Part shown: in pieces, positions 1 through 11,733 of the stretch
Layout: the number at the start of each line of letters is the position of its first letter
How positions within the stretch are numbered: the stretch's first letter is position 1
From: Octopus vulgaris
Taxonomy: Eukaryota
DNA: 64,000 bases
Assembly: GCA_951406725.2 (NCBI GenBank)
Contig: OX597820.1
Coordinates: 87,048,001-87,112,000 of the forward strand
Direction of reading: 5' to 3'
The notes under the pieces: generated by a model
What the model saw: only the letters and a program-made list of their open reading frames with translations
Databases searched by the model: none
Told to the model about the DNA's origin: nothing
Program-made: the position numbers and the translations under genes

Positions 1-1690
1 CCTGAGGTAGAGTTAGTTTGTGAGAGTTACTTAAGACGGAGGGAGATAATGAGCCAGTTTTAATCGGAGAATATTACTTTAAAATGCGACTAATCCAATA
101 GTGTTAATCAATATAGAGGTAATCTGACTCTTAACTAAGAGTATTACTTATGATGCAATTAATCTAGGACTAGTTATAGATAATCTGGTAGTGTTATCTA
201 AGATGGAGGTAATCTATCTGTGTTACCTACAATATAGAGTTAATCTGAGCTGGCTAAATTAGTAATAAGACAGATAATACGAGGTTATTATGCATTATAG
301 GTTCAATATGACAGTGTAACTTCAGAAAAAAAAATTGTGTATGTTACTTTAGAGATGATAGAAGACTGTTTCTATGATAGAGATAATCTAGGATTATTAC
401 TTAATATATAGATAATCTTGTAGCGTAACTAGAGAAAGAAATATGGGAATTTTGTCAGAGTTATAGATAATCTCGGGGTGTTATGATAGCTATTGTCTGG
501 AAGTGTTATCTAAAATTGCTACCTATGATGGTGATGATAAAAGAGTGCTATTTATAAAAATGTTCTGGTACTGTAACCCAAGACTGACACAATTATCTAA
601 GAGAATTATCTGAGAAAGAGATAATCTAGTGTCTCTGAGATAATTCAGGAATAATCTATGGGTGTGTTACTTAAGACAATAATCAAGTGTTACTTAGCAT
701 AGATATATTACGAAAGTGTTAAGAGAATGATAATTTCAAAATGTCGACGAAAGCTAGGGATAATCATAGAGTGTCAAGAATTATAGCGGTAATCTAAACG
801 TTTTAGTTTTGAAGGAGATAATCTGACAATGTTGCCTGAGGTAATGGTACTCTAAGACAGTTACTTAAGATATGTGTAAATTTTATCTAAGACAGAGATG
901 AGATGGTACTCCTACGTTAGAGACATTTTTTTAAATTGTTAATTAAGATAATGATAAACCAGTAATAAAAGCGATGATAATCTGTGGCTGTTATCTGAGA
1001 CTGAGTGATTTAACAATGTTACTTAATATGGAAAATTTACCTCAAACAGAGAATATTTGACATAGTTTTGCAGTATTACAAAAGGCAGAGTACCTTGCTT
1101 ATTAATTGAGAGCGTGTTACCTGAGATAAAGATAATCATCGTGTGTTTCCTCTTTTGGAAATAATCTTAGAAAACCACCAAAAATTGAAATAATCTGTGA
1201 ATGTTATCTGAGAAAGAGAGAGTAAGAGAGAGAGGAAGAGAGGAGAGGGAGGGAGGGAGTGAGGAAGGGAGGTGGAGAGGGAGTACTTGGAGCCTTAATT
1301 CTGATAACGATAATATGCGAGTGATAAATATTTGATGATTTTGTAGACTTACTTACATATTCTGAGAGTGTTACCTAACATAAAACATAATTTGATAATA
1401 TTATAAGATAATAATAATTGGAGATGTTACTTAAAGTAAAGATAATCTGGAATTGCTAGAGAGTTAATTTGTTAGAGTTTCCTAAGATATAATTTGTTAG
1501 AGTTTCCTAAGATAATAGATTATCAGGTAGTTAATCAGAGCACATTAAGGATAATCTGAAAGTTTTACGATAATTCATAGATAATCTTACCTAAGATATC
1601 GAATGTAATTTAAAACTGCTATCCAAGACAGAGTTAATGTTGTCAGTTTTACCTGAGATGGAGAAAATGTAGGAGTTTTAAGATGACCAG
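1..1690. repeat. Degenerate tandem repeat (old satellite/minisatellite), period ~29-30 bp, approximate consensus GTGTTAYCTRAGATAGAGATAATCTGRNA
   Basis: TGTTACYTRAG and AGATAATCT motifs recur at ~29-bp spacing, e.g. 191-250 gtgttatctaagatggaggtaatctatct/gtgttacctacaatatagagttaatctgagc. A GA-rich tract interrupts at ~1212-1283. The array runs off the window start. Confidence 0.7.
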
Positions 1691-1796
1691 AGCTTACTAA
1701 GTGTATACCGGTTGACGGAAACTGAAAGAAGTCCAGTGTTTGTAAAATACATGAAGCCTAATTCCTCAAATAGCCTTAAAAGATATATATATATAT

Positions 1797-1839
<43 letters not shown>

Positions 1840-1846
1840 CACACAC

Positions 1847-1910
<64 letters not shown>

Positions 1911-1915
<5 letters not shown>

Positions 1916-2102
1916 TCGCCATGATAGATCACTAGCCACTACACATTCTTTATTTTCTCTCCTTGTTTCTTTCTGTGTTCCTTTCTGTGGAAGAGCGTAG
2001 GCTCGAAACGTTAAAGACTTTTCACTTCCCGAGCGTTATACTAATACATCTGTTTGTTGTTTACACCACCTGTCTTCATCTTTTGTTTTGTTTGTGAATT
2101 CT

Positions 2103-2105
<3 letters not shown>
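1911..2105 (+). mobile_element. Short (TA)n-flanked element with a minimal hammerhead-like motif (Penelope-like pLTR fragment)
   Basis: Bounded on both sides by (TA)n. 1981-2016 reads CTTT-CTGTGGA-A-GAGC-gtag-GCTC-GAAA-CG-TT-AAAG, followed by a U-rich tail. Confidence 0.6.
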
Positions 2106-2146
<41 letters not shown>

Positions 2147-2371
2147 TTGGATTTTATTCGCATAGTAACCCAAATTGTTAAACATGAACTATAAAATAAC
2201 GTTTTTCAGCTTATCGAACCTCGATATAGGAACATTTTATAACCTTCTACCCCAATAAACTACTATTGTTCCTGAAAGGTGTTTTTATGTCTTCTACGTA
2301 CTGCTCGAACATTACTAACTTCCTACACCTGGATCCTTACGTATCATTATATATATGTATGTGTGTGTGTG

Positions 2372-2427
<56 letters not shown>

Positions 2428-2549
2428 TGTGTTTGGTCCTCCACACCGCTTGACAACAAGTTTTGGTTTGTTTACGTCCTCGTAAGCAGGTCGGCATAAG
2501 AGAGAGAACTAAGAGAATAAGTACCGTGTTTTATATACGATAAACATAT

Positions 2550-2745
2550 TAGTTTCAAATTTTGAAACAATGCCAGCAATTTCGGGGGAGGAGGTATAAA
2601 TCGATTACCAGTGATCAACTGATACTTATTTTATCGACACTGAAAGGATGAAAGACAAAGTCGACCTCGGCAAAATTTGAACTCAGAACGTAAAGACGGA
2701 CGAAGCATTTTGCCCCGCGTGCTAACGATTCTGCCCGTTCGCCCC
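2550..2745 (-). mobile_element. SINE family B copy (tRNA-derived head plus conserved central domain)
   Basis: Minus strand has B-box-like GAGTTCAAATTT followed by GAGGTCGACTTTGTCTTTCATCCTTTCAGTGTCGATAAAATAAGTATCAG, shared with many copies in the window. Confidence 0.85.
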
Positions 2746-3550
2746 CATACATATATTAGAAATATTGGCGGAGCGTTATTTCAGGGTCTTCAAGTGCTTT
2801 AGTCTATCACATTGATCTCAGTATTTACGAAAAAAAAATGGAGCCTAATTCCTCTTAGTAAAAGCCTTAAAAGATTCGTGAAGGAATCATTTAAATGCAT
2901 GAACGTTTCCTACTAAGAAATGTTTTTATGAAAAATTCTGATGTATTTTCCTATGGAAATATTAATAATTTTCTAACACCTCTTTTACGCATTCATGAGA
3001 ATTAACAATCTATAAAACTACAAGAAAATATATTAAAAAACTAAAAGTATTATATTTCTATGAAGACTTGTTGCTTGAATGAATTGAGATTTTCGGATTA
3101 TTAAGCCATTATTTTGCGCTTCTATTTTCTATAGAAGCATCCATTTTTTGTTAAGATATATTTCAAACAATTTACTGACGAGATATATGGTTAACTTCAT
3201 ATTTTGTGTTTCTATATTCTGTAAAATCTCAGCAAATTATATTCTCGAAATAATTTCACTTAAATTGTCAAAATAGAGAAGACTGAATAATTTGCTTAAA
3301 AGCCTATAAACACACATACACACACACACATACACATGCAAACGCACACATCAGATTGCTATGTGTTGATCTTATTTAATGTATAGTAAATAAGTTACGT
3401 AGCTTCCATATAGCTTCATACTATACAACCACATAAACATTTGCACACGCGTGTTCTTACACACACAGATAAATGGTTCATTGACAGAATGGGTTAAAAC
3501 TTATAGATATATTCTTTCGTACAGTAAACCATTTATATATATATATATAC

Positions 3551-3569
3551 ACTACTACTACTGCTGCTG

Positions 3570-3635
<66 letters not shown>

Positions 3636-3875
3636 TAGCCATTGAACTACTGCTACAACTCCAACCACCACGGTCACTACTACTACTACTACTACGACCA
3701 ACAGTCTCTTCCATTGCTGCTGCTACGGTCACTTCCACTGCCGCTGCTACTGCTACTACTACAGCCAATGAACTGCTTCCACAACTCCAACTACCACCAC
3801 CACCTCCTCCACGGTCACTACTACTACTACTACGACCATCGGTCACTGCTACTACTGATCTTACGACCAACGGTC
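3551..3875. repeat. Compound (TAC/TGC/CAC)n microsatellite with an internal ~125-bp duplication
   Basis: (TAC)n at 3551-3636. The unit tgaact...caactccaac...cacggtcactactac...gacca occurs at ~3643 and again at ~3769. Confidence 0.85.
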
Positions 3876-4177
3876 ATTTTCACGATTACAGCCAACGAAT
3901 CTAGTCAACGCACAAGACAGCCATTATGCTCCCCACCCACAAAACACCACCACGTGAGCTCTGTTGAGACCAGTAAGAAACAATTATGAACTTTTTTATT
4001 ACACTTAACTTTTAAAAATATTTTTGATAATGTTCGTTTTTTCAAGAAGAACCGAAACATGTAAAATATCTAAGAAAATTGAAATTTATCTTATATATTG
4101 GCGTTTTCAAACTTTTTTTTTATAAACATATACCCACTCGTATGCAACCTACACTTTATATATATATATATATATAT

Positions 4178-4526
4178 CAAAATGAGTCACAAGGATATCC
4201 AGAGGTAATGCAGTACGATCGTTTCTTGCAACTCCATTTAATTGAACAATGCAATCATTACATCAGTTTAAAATGCAGAGCAATCTTCAGCTGCACAAAG
4301 ACATAGAATTTAATTTAAATTAGAACAGATGGACACATTAGGATACTTTTGCCAAAAATCTCCAAGAAGTTAATGAGATAGACAAAGAATATGGTGTTTC
4401 ACTCCAGCATAGAAGTTACTAAGCTTTTTAAGAAGATTTTATTTTGATTTTAATCACCTTACTTTGAAATTGTATGAATAATACTGTACTAAATTCTGGT
4501 GCCTCAACTTATGTACCATATTCATC

Positions 4527-4530
<4 letters not shown>
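4178..4530 (-). mobile_element. (TA)n-flanked ~350-bp element carrying a hammerhead ribozyme; probable Penelope-like or retrozyme-like fragment
   Basis: Non-microsatellite sequence sharply bounded by (TA)n at 4158-4177 and from 4531. It contains the HHR at 4208-4296. Confidence 0.6.
4208..4296 (-). ncRNA. Type I hammerhead ribozyme with canonical core
   Basis: Minus strand: stem I GUGCAG, CUGAAGA, stem II UUGC...GCAA with a long structured loop, GAAA, stem III C-GAUC-G (palindrome ACGAUCGU), UA, stem I CUGCAU. Predicted cleavage is after GUA, between 4214 and 4213. Confidence 0.85.
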
Positions 4531-4584
<54 letters not shown>

Positions 4585-4620
4585 CATATATATATTCATA
4601 CATATATATACACACATATG

Positions 4621-4658
<38 letters not shown>

Positions 4659-5193
4659 TCATTATTAAAATCATACTTAGTAAAGCACGCAATTCCTTTG
4701 GGTTCCCATTGGTAGAGTGGAGACGGGGATTACTTAGATGTTTGAGAAACTAACAGGCTTTAATTGCTAATATAAATATTCACTATCTCACTGTCTTCCA
4801 GTCAACATTGAGTACTTTCTCTCAGTGTGGAACACTAAAGTAACACACGTATGTGCCCAAGATATGGTGTGCGTCATAATAACTCTCTTATAACTCCATC
4901 TCGAATTGAGGGCCAAAAAGAAGAGAATGAACGCATATGTGTCTATGGACGTGTATGGTATATACATGCGTGTGAGTGTATATATATATATATATATATA
5001 TACGCTTCTATGTGAGTGTATATATGTATGTGTGTATACGCATGAACTTGTATGAGTATATATTTGTTATGTATGTGTATTATATGTGCATATATGCATA
5101 TCTGTGTACCTACCTACCTACCTTCCTACCTACCTACCTACCTACCTACTTACCTACATGCATACATACATACATACATACTCACACACACAC

Positions 5194-5242
<49 letters not shown>

Positions 5243-5267
5243 TATACATATATATATATGCATAAAC

Positions 5268-5600
5268 AGGCATGGCTGTGTAGCTAATAAGTACCTTTGC
5301 AGGTACGTGATTTAGTGTTCAGTCTCATTGCGCAGTACCTTAGGCAAGTGTCTTCTTCGATAGCTCCAATATCTAGTGAATAAATGTGGTAGACGGAAAC
5401 TTTGAAGAAGCACATGTGTGTGTATGTGTGTGTGTGTATGTGTGCGTGTGTATGTTTGTGTGTGTGTGTACATACATATGTGTGTATGTGTTTCTGTTGT
5501 CTCCAAAACCATTTGATAAACGGTGTTGATTTTTTTACATCCCTGTAGCCTAGCGATTCGTACAAAATCACCTATAGAATAAGAAGCAAGCTAAAAATAA
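5268..5600 (+). mobile_element. SINE family A copy, diverged
   Basis: ggcatggctgtg...taccttaggcaagtgtcttc...gtagacggaaact, an internal (TG)n, then the family 3' half. Confidence 0.75.
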
Positions 5601-5774
5601 CAAAGAAAAACAACAAAAAAGCAAAAAATAACTATGAATACTGGTCGACTAAACCATTTAAGGTGGTGCATAATCGCCTGGCATTCGATAATCTTGAGCA
5701 AATTTATATGTTTTCCAAGATGAGTTTAATTCTTTTGGAAGAATAGAAACTCTATACATATCCGAAACTGTAAC

Positions 5775-5945
5775 CAAAACCTCAGGACTTACGAACGTAT
5801 ATAACATACAGGAAATAGCACTACTAGACACTGTGCACAACCTACGCAAAGCGCTTTCAATATGGTGAAAATACGAGCCCCACAGAACAAGCAGAGCTGC
5901 ACTCGGCAGTGTAGTGAAAGCACGTGATAAAAATAAGACTACTAA
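5775..5945 (+). mobile_element. 3' end of an R4/Dong-type LINE
   Basis: Translates TSGLTNVYNIQEIALLDTVHNLRKALSIW*, matching the C-terminal Q/K-ALLGTAxxLR motif of the copies at 20.5 and 29.1 kb. A (TAG)n tract follows. Confidence 0.7.
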
Positions 5946-5960
5946 ATAGTAGTAGTAGTT

Positions 5961-5993
<33 letters not shown>

Positions 5994-6049
5994 AACGATA
6001 AAGAACGATCTAGAAAATATAGAATTTATATGGTAATTCACAGAGCTTT

Positions 6050-6820
6050 ACATCAACAGGCACTTGTTGAAGCCTATAAGAGAACAGATGTAGCGAGTTT
6101 TAAAAAGCTGATGAGAGTGATAAGGTTCTTTTCATAGCAGTAAGAGGAGAGACGATGTTAGGTGAATGAATAAGAATCCAATGAAATCTTCAAAGCTATT
6201 ATAGAAAGCAACGATTCTCACAGAAAATCTTACACGGAATGATTGCATATTACTGAAGGTTATCAAAAATGGGGAGTTATTCCAACGGCTAAAAACCGAA
6301 GTTTTGAAGAGACAGAGAGGTTGATCCTACTTGCGCCAGATTAAACAATCAAAACGTCTTATATAAGATATAAGAACGAATATTGATACGGTATGTATTG
6401 CAGATAAGGCTGCATTGTAGAGTATGAAGGCTGCATTGTAGAGTATGAAGGCTGCATTGTATAGATGAAAGAGCAGAGATGGCAACGTATTTAGTCTCTG
6501 AATGGCAGATGCTTGCTTAGAGGGTTATAAGATCTGGAAACATTATAAAGTAGCTAACAACTTACATTGGCAAAATTGTAAAAGTTTTTGATTTGAACAT
6601 CCAGAAAAGTGTCGCGACCATAAAACAATGTATGCATGAAAACGAGAAAAAATACTATTGGACATGTAGGTTCAGACGATAGGCAAATAGAGAATTTCCG
6701 TCCTGATATTGTCATACTCAAAGAGTGTGTTGTGTAATTGATGTTTGTTGCCCGTTTAATAATGGAGTGGAAACAAAGAACATTAAAAAAAAAAAAATTA
6801 GAAAAATATGTCAGCATCTA
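6050..6820 (+). pseudogene. Highly decayed R4/Dong-type LINE ORF (zinc-knuckle/endonuclease region)
   Basis: Frameshifted remnants ETERLILLAP, KVANNLHWQNC, DRQIENFRPDIVILKE and KLEKY parallel the better-preserved 28467-29186 ORF. A 21-bp x3 tandem duplication lies at ~6406-6460. Confidence 0.65.
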
Positions 6821-7008
6821 AAATTGGGAGGGAACATTTAGTTGATTTACTTATCTCAGTTCTTGATTGGTGCTTTATTTTATTGACTACGGAAAGTTGA
6901 AAAGTAAAGTTGAAGAGTAAAGTTGGAGGGATTTCTACTCAGAAGTAAAATAGTGCTCTTATTTGTGAGGCACATATTGAAGAATAATTTATTTAACTTA
7001 AGATACTG

Positions 7009-7265
7009 TGGAGGCACGTGGCTTAGTGGTTAGGGTGTCAGCATCATGATCGTAAGATTGTGGCTTCGATCCCTGGACTGGGCGACGCGTTGTGTTCTTG
7101 AGCAAAACACTTCATTTCACGTTGCTCCAGTTCACTCAGCTGGCAATAATGAGTAACGCTGCGATGGACTGGCGTCCCGTCCAGCTGGGGAACACATACG
7201 CCATTGTAGCCGGGAAACCGGGCCCATGAGCCTGGCTTGGCTTTAAAAGGGCGCATTTATTTATC
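7009..7265 (+). mobile_element. SINE family C: tRNA head, CORE-like segment and V-domain-like segment
   Basis: A box TGGCTTAGTGG, B box GCTTCGATCCC, then ttcttgagcaaaacactt and gcgatggactggcgtcccgtccag. Near-TSD ttaagatactgt/ttaacatactgt. A second copy lies at 24132-24360. Confidence 0.85.
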
Positions 7266-7289
7266 TTATTTAAAATTTAACATACTGTA

Positions 7290-8310
7290 TGTTTAGTGCA
7301 GATTCTGTAAAAATTGTCGAAACTGAATTTATTTGCAACACTACTTTATCAAGATGTATTTAATGACATTGCCTGTGGCATTAAAAGCAGAACTTATTTG
7401 ATAATTACATGCATGCAACGCGAAGCAATGTTGTACAGCAATTTTATTATACCTGAACCATTGCAACGGGATTTTCAAAACTTTACGGGAAGAGAGGGGT
7501 AGGATTTTAGAACATTTTAGTTTTACATTCAGATGTTAGATAGCTCACTCAAAATAGTATTTTTGTGAGGAGGCTTAAATTACAGAAGGAACTGTTGGTC
7601 TATTTTATCGATCTTAAATTTGCGACAGATTAACAAATGCAGGATGATTTTCAAGATTTGCATAGCTAGTCATTTTTGCAGGAATGAATGGAACAGGTTT
7701 ATTCCAGTAAAAATAAAAAGATAGTACTTTCAAACCGATCATAAAGTGGTACCGTTATCAAATTGTAATACTGGATCTCAGCTGTAGAACAGAATACTTT
7801 TCATTGCGTTCTGATTTTTAGTGATTGTCTTTGAGAATATGAACTGGATTTTAGAGACTGAAACCCGCAATGATATTAAAAATCATCTCTGCAGAATATT
7901 ACAATATAATATTTTTGAGTATCTTCCAAATTTCGATAAAATGGTATTATTACTAGGTAAAAATGAAATCCATTTACATATACAGAAAGAAACAATAGGA
8001 TATTCGGCAGTGGATTACAGAGACTAAATTGATATTAATTCAGATACACAGTTAAAAGTTAAGCTTGAAAGAGTTCTGGTAGTAATTTTATTGTACGATA
8101 TATTTGACGAACATCCGGATTTATAAAAACGGATTACTCGAGTTCTGTTAGTGAGTCCTATGCAAAACTGTTTTTTCTAAATTTCTTAGTACAAAACAAA
8201 ATATCACAACAGACAAGATGCTGCATCAGATAGGAGAATTCAATTATCCATTATTGAACCAAATTTTCAGAGGTTATTGCAGTTCAGGAACCACTAACAT
8301 TCTTCGAATT
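7290..8310 (+). pseudogene. Decayed hAT (Charlie/Buster-like) transposase C-terminal half
   Basis: Remnants ITCMQREAML (cf. HCxxHRxAL), VLHSDVR*L (cf. LHTEVRWLS) and KYHNRQDAASDRRIQLSIIEPNFQRL (cf. hAT dimerisation tail), with many stops and frameshifts. Confidence 0.7.
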
Positions 8311-8324
8311 ATTTTTCCTTTCAA

Positions 8325-8535
8325 AGGTGGTGAGCTGGTGGAATCGTAAGCGCGTTGGACAAAAATGCCTAGCGGCATTTCGTCTGTATTCACGTTCTGA
8401 GTTTAAATAACGGCGAGGTCGACTCTTCCTTTCGAGCCGACAAAATAATTACCAGTTGAACATTTGGGTCGAGGTAATCGACTAACCTCCTGCTTTAAAA
8501 TGTCAGACCTTGTGCCAATAGTTGAAAAGATTATT
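8325..8535 (+). mobile_element. SINE family B copy
   Basis: ggtggtgagctggtggaatcgtaagc...ttctgagtttaaat...gaggtcgact...cttgtgccaata. Confidence 0.8.
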
Positions 8536-9356
8536 CTGCTTTCGAGAATTATTTTGCATCAGTTACAGATTTATATCTAAAACCAGCGTTGCTTTTTTTT
8601 TTATTCTAATGATTCATTTATTATATATATTTTTTCAAATATAAAGAAAGTATCTCTCTAAAAAAATATGTTTAATTTAATAATTATTAAAATTAGGGTA
8701 GCGGAATTTGTTTGTAGAATATAGGTTCCATAATTTTTGGTAAATCGCATAAGATATCCGCTACAAAATTGGATTGGGAACCACCACTTTACGTAATCCC
8801 TAACAAACAATTTAGAACAATATAGCACATAAGTCATGCAGTCTACGTTATCACCACTCAATAATTTAACATATATTCAATATAATCGACATTTGACGTC
8901 ACAACACAACCCTCATGCAGCCAGTAACTTAGTATACAATTGCCAAACAGATAACATAACTACATACTCAACAGAGTTACATACTCTACAGAGTTACCAC
9001 TCAACGCTAAGACACGTAACACTAATCTTTATAGCACTCACTCTAGACAGACACCGTTCAACACTGGTACACATCACATCAGTTACCAAATACATGTGAA
9101 ATACAATCGCAACGTGATAAAATTGTACAACACAAAATGCATAAGCTCTACATTGCAGATGAAACAGTAAAACAATACCAAAGTAATAAAACAAACGTCA
9201 CAACAATACAAAACTGATGAAACAGTCGAAAATTTCAAATGATAATGCTGTACCGACCTCGGGTACATAGAGGTGCGCGCAGTATTGTATTTTGAAAGTG
9301 GTAATGCAATAAAAAAACGTACACGAAATTGCTGACAAAAATAAATAAATATATAG

Positions 9357-9730
9357 TGGCTGTGTGATAAGTAGCTTGCTTACGAACCACATGTCCCCGG
9401 GTTCAGTCACACTGCGTGGCACCTTGGGCAAGTGTCTTCTACTTTAGCCTTGGGCCGACCAAAGCTTTGTGAGTGGATTCGGTAGAGGGAAACTGAAAGA
9501 AGTCCGTCGCGCGCGCGCGCGTGTTTGTGTGTCTGTCTTTGTCCCCCAACATCGCTTGACAACCGATGCTGGCGTGTTAACGTCCCCGTAACTTAGCAGT
9601 TCAGCAAAAAGAGACCGATAAAATAAGTACTAGGCTTACAAAGAATAAGTACTGGGGTCGATTTGCTCGACTAAAGGCGGTGCTCCAGCATGGCCATAGT
9701 CAAATGACTGAAACAAGTAAAAGAATAAAG
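9357..9730 (+). mobile_element. SINE family A, near full length (tRNA-like head, CORE-like accttgggcaagtgtctt, internal microsatellite, conserved 3' half)
   Basis: High similarity to copies at 12865-13262, 33388-33725, 34107-34525, 37637-38000, 51895-52275 and 55470-55780 (plus), and 22590-23055, 32120-32590, 38160-38510 and 63505-63868 (minus). Confidence 0.9.
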
Positions 9731-9731
9731 A

Positions 9732-10155
9732 TTGGTTTCAAATTTTGGCACAAGGTCACTAAGTTGGGCGGATGGAATAAGTCATTTAGATCGACCCCAC
9801 TGCCCAACTTGTACTTATTTTATCGACCTCCGAAAGGATAAAAAGCAAAATCGATATCGGTGGAATTTGAACTCTAAACATAAATACATGCGAGATGCTG
9901 CTAAGCATCTTGCCCAGCGTGCTAACGATTCAACCAGCTTGCTCCCGAATAATAATAATAATCCTTTCTACAACAGGCACATCGACCCCAGTGCGTAACT
10001 GGTATTTAATTTATCAACCCCGAAAGGATAAAAGCCAAAGTCGACCTCGGCGGAATTTGAACTCAGAACGTAAAGAGCCCGAACAGATATTGCAGGCTAC
10101 ATTGTGCGACGCTCAAATGATTCTGTCAGTCCACTGTTTAAGTAATAATAATAAC

Positions 10156-10251
<96 letters not shown>

Positions 10252-10400
10252 CGTTTCTAATTTTGGCTCAAAGTCAGCACGTTTGAGGTTAGTGGGAGTG
10301 GTCAATACTATCCACCCCATTACTTATCGTTACCCATAAAAGGATGAAAGGTAAAGATGACATGGGTGAGATTTGAACTTAGAACATAAACGAACATAAC
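9732..10400 (-). mobile_element. Cluster of three SINE family B copies separated by (AAT)n
   Basis: Repeated atcgaccc...gaaaggat...aaagtcgacctcggcggaatttgaactcagaacgtaa motif; (AAT)n at 10143-10251. Confidence 0.85.
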
Positions 10401-10438
10401 TAATACTGCAAGGAATTTTTAATACAAGCAACAACTCA

Positions 10439-10507
<69 letters not shown>

Positions 10508-10509
10508 GT

Positions 10510-10569
<60 letters not shown>

Positions 10570-10575
10570 ATATAT

Positions 10576-10624
<49 letters not shown>

Positions 10625-11351
10625 AAGAGATATATTGATAGACAGACAGACTGATAGATAGATATACATACACATACATTTAATATCAAGAAAGACGTCA
10701 GACACAGACGAAACGAAAAGAAGAGCAGATGGCGGGGAGAGAAAGAGACTGCGAGAAAAGAACAGAAAGAGGGGGAAAGTGATGGATAAGCTAAACAGTA
10801 AAGAAAGCCATGTATATAGAGTATGGATGCAAAATATAATCAAAATATAGTATTTACGATAAAACGGAACAAAACATCCCGACTCTTAATATATTTAAGT
10901 AAATTCTGTTTGTATATAAAAGTTATATTGAGATAATAATTGTACAAAATGAACAATATGAAATTAAAATATAAGTAGCTTCTTAAAGCTGAACGTGAAT
11001 GGGTGCAAAAGCTTAATATAATATAATGGATTGTTTTTACTTATTCTCTTTCGTTAACAACGTTATCATCGTCGTCGTGTCGTCGCCGTTATTATTATTA
11101 TTATCATTATTATCATTATCATCATCATCATCATCATCATCGGCGTCGTCGTCATCATGGTCATCATCAATGTCGACATCGTCGACATATTCAATGATGC
11201 ACTACTTAGCTATACAACCGATTTGGTTGTTTTGCTTCCTACGTCTTACGTAAATTCGCTTTTGAAAAAAAATATATAATTAAAAAAAAAAATCATTTTG
11301 CTAACCGACTTTAAAATAATCCTGGCCATCTATAATTAACCAAATATATAC

Positions 11352-11439
<88 letters not shown>

Positions 11440-11487
11440 CATTTATATATGCATACATATATACATACATATATATATACATACATG

Positions 11488-11521
<34 letters not shown>

Positions 11522-11535
11522 CATATATATACATA

Positions 11536-11604
<69 letters not shown>

Positions 11605-11609
11605 AATAT

Positions 11610-11641
<32 letters not shown>

Positions 11642-11659
11642 GCCGGTTAGTTACTAAGT

Positions 11660-11733
11660 GGTCGATTGGTTCAGTTGGTTAGAGCGTCGTGCTAATAACT
11701 CGTATGTCGTGGATTCGAGCCCCATATTGGGTG
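11660..11733 (+). pseudogene. tRNA-Ile(AAT) pseudogene / tRNA-derived fragment
   Basis: GGTCGATTGGTTCAGTTGGTTAGAGCGTCGTGCTAATAACTCGTATGTCGTGGATTCGAGCCCCATATTGGG resembles eukaryotic tRNA-Ile(AAU), with anticodon loop CTAATAA. The acceptor, D and T stems are mismatched and no poly-T terminator follows. Confidence 0.75.

Noticed and set aside
8830-9330. Weak ~5-bp periodicity (ACAAC/ATAAC-like)
   Set aside because: Probably a decayed pentanucleotide microsatellite; too degenerate to define by eye.
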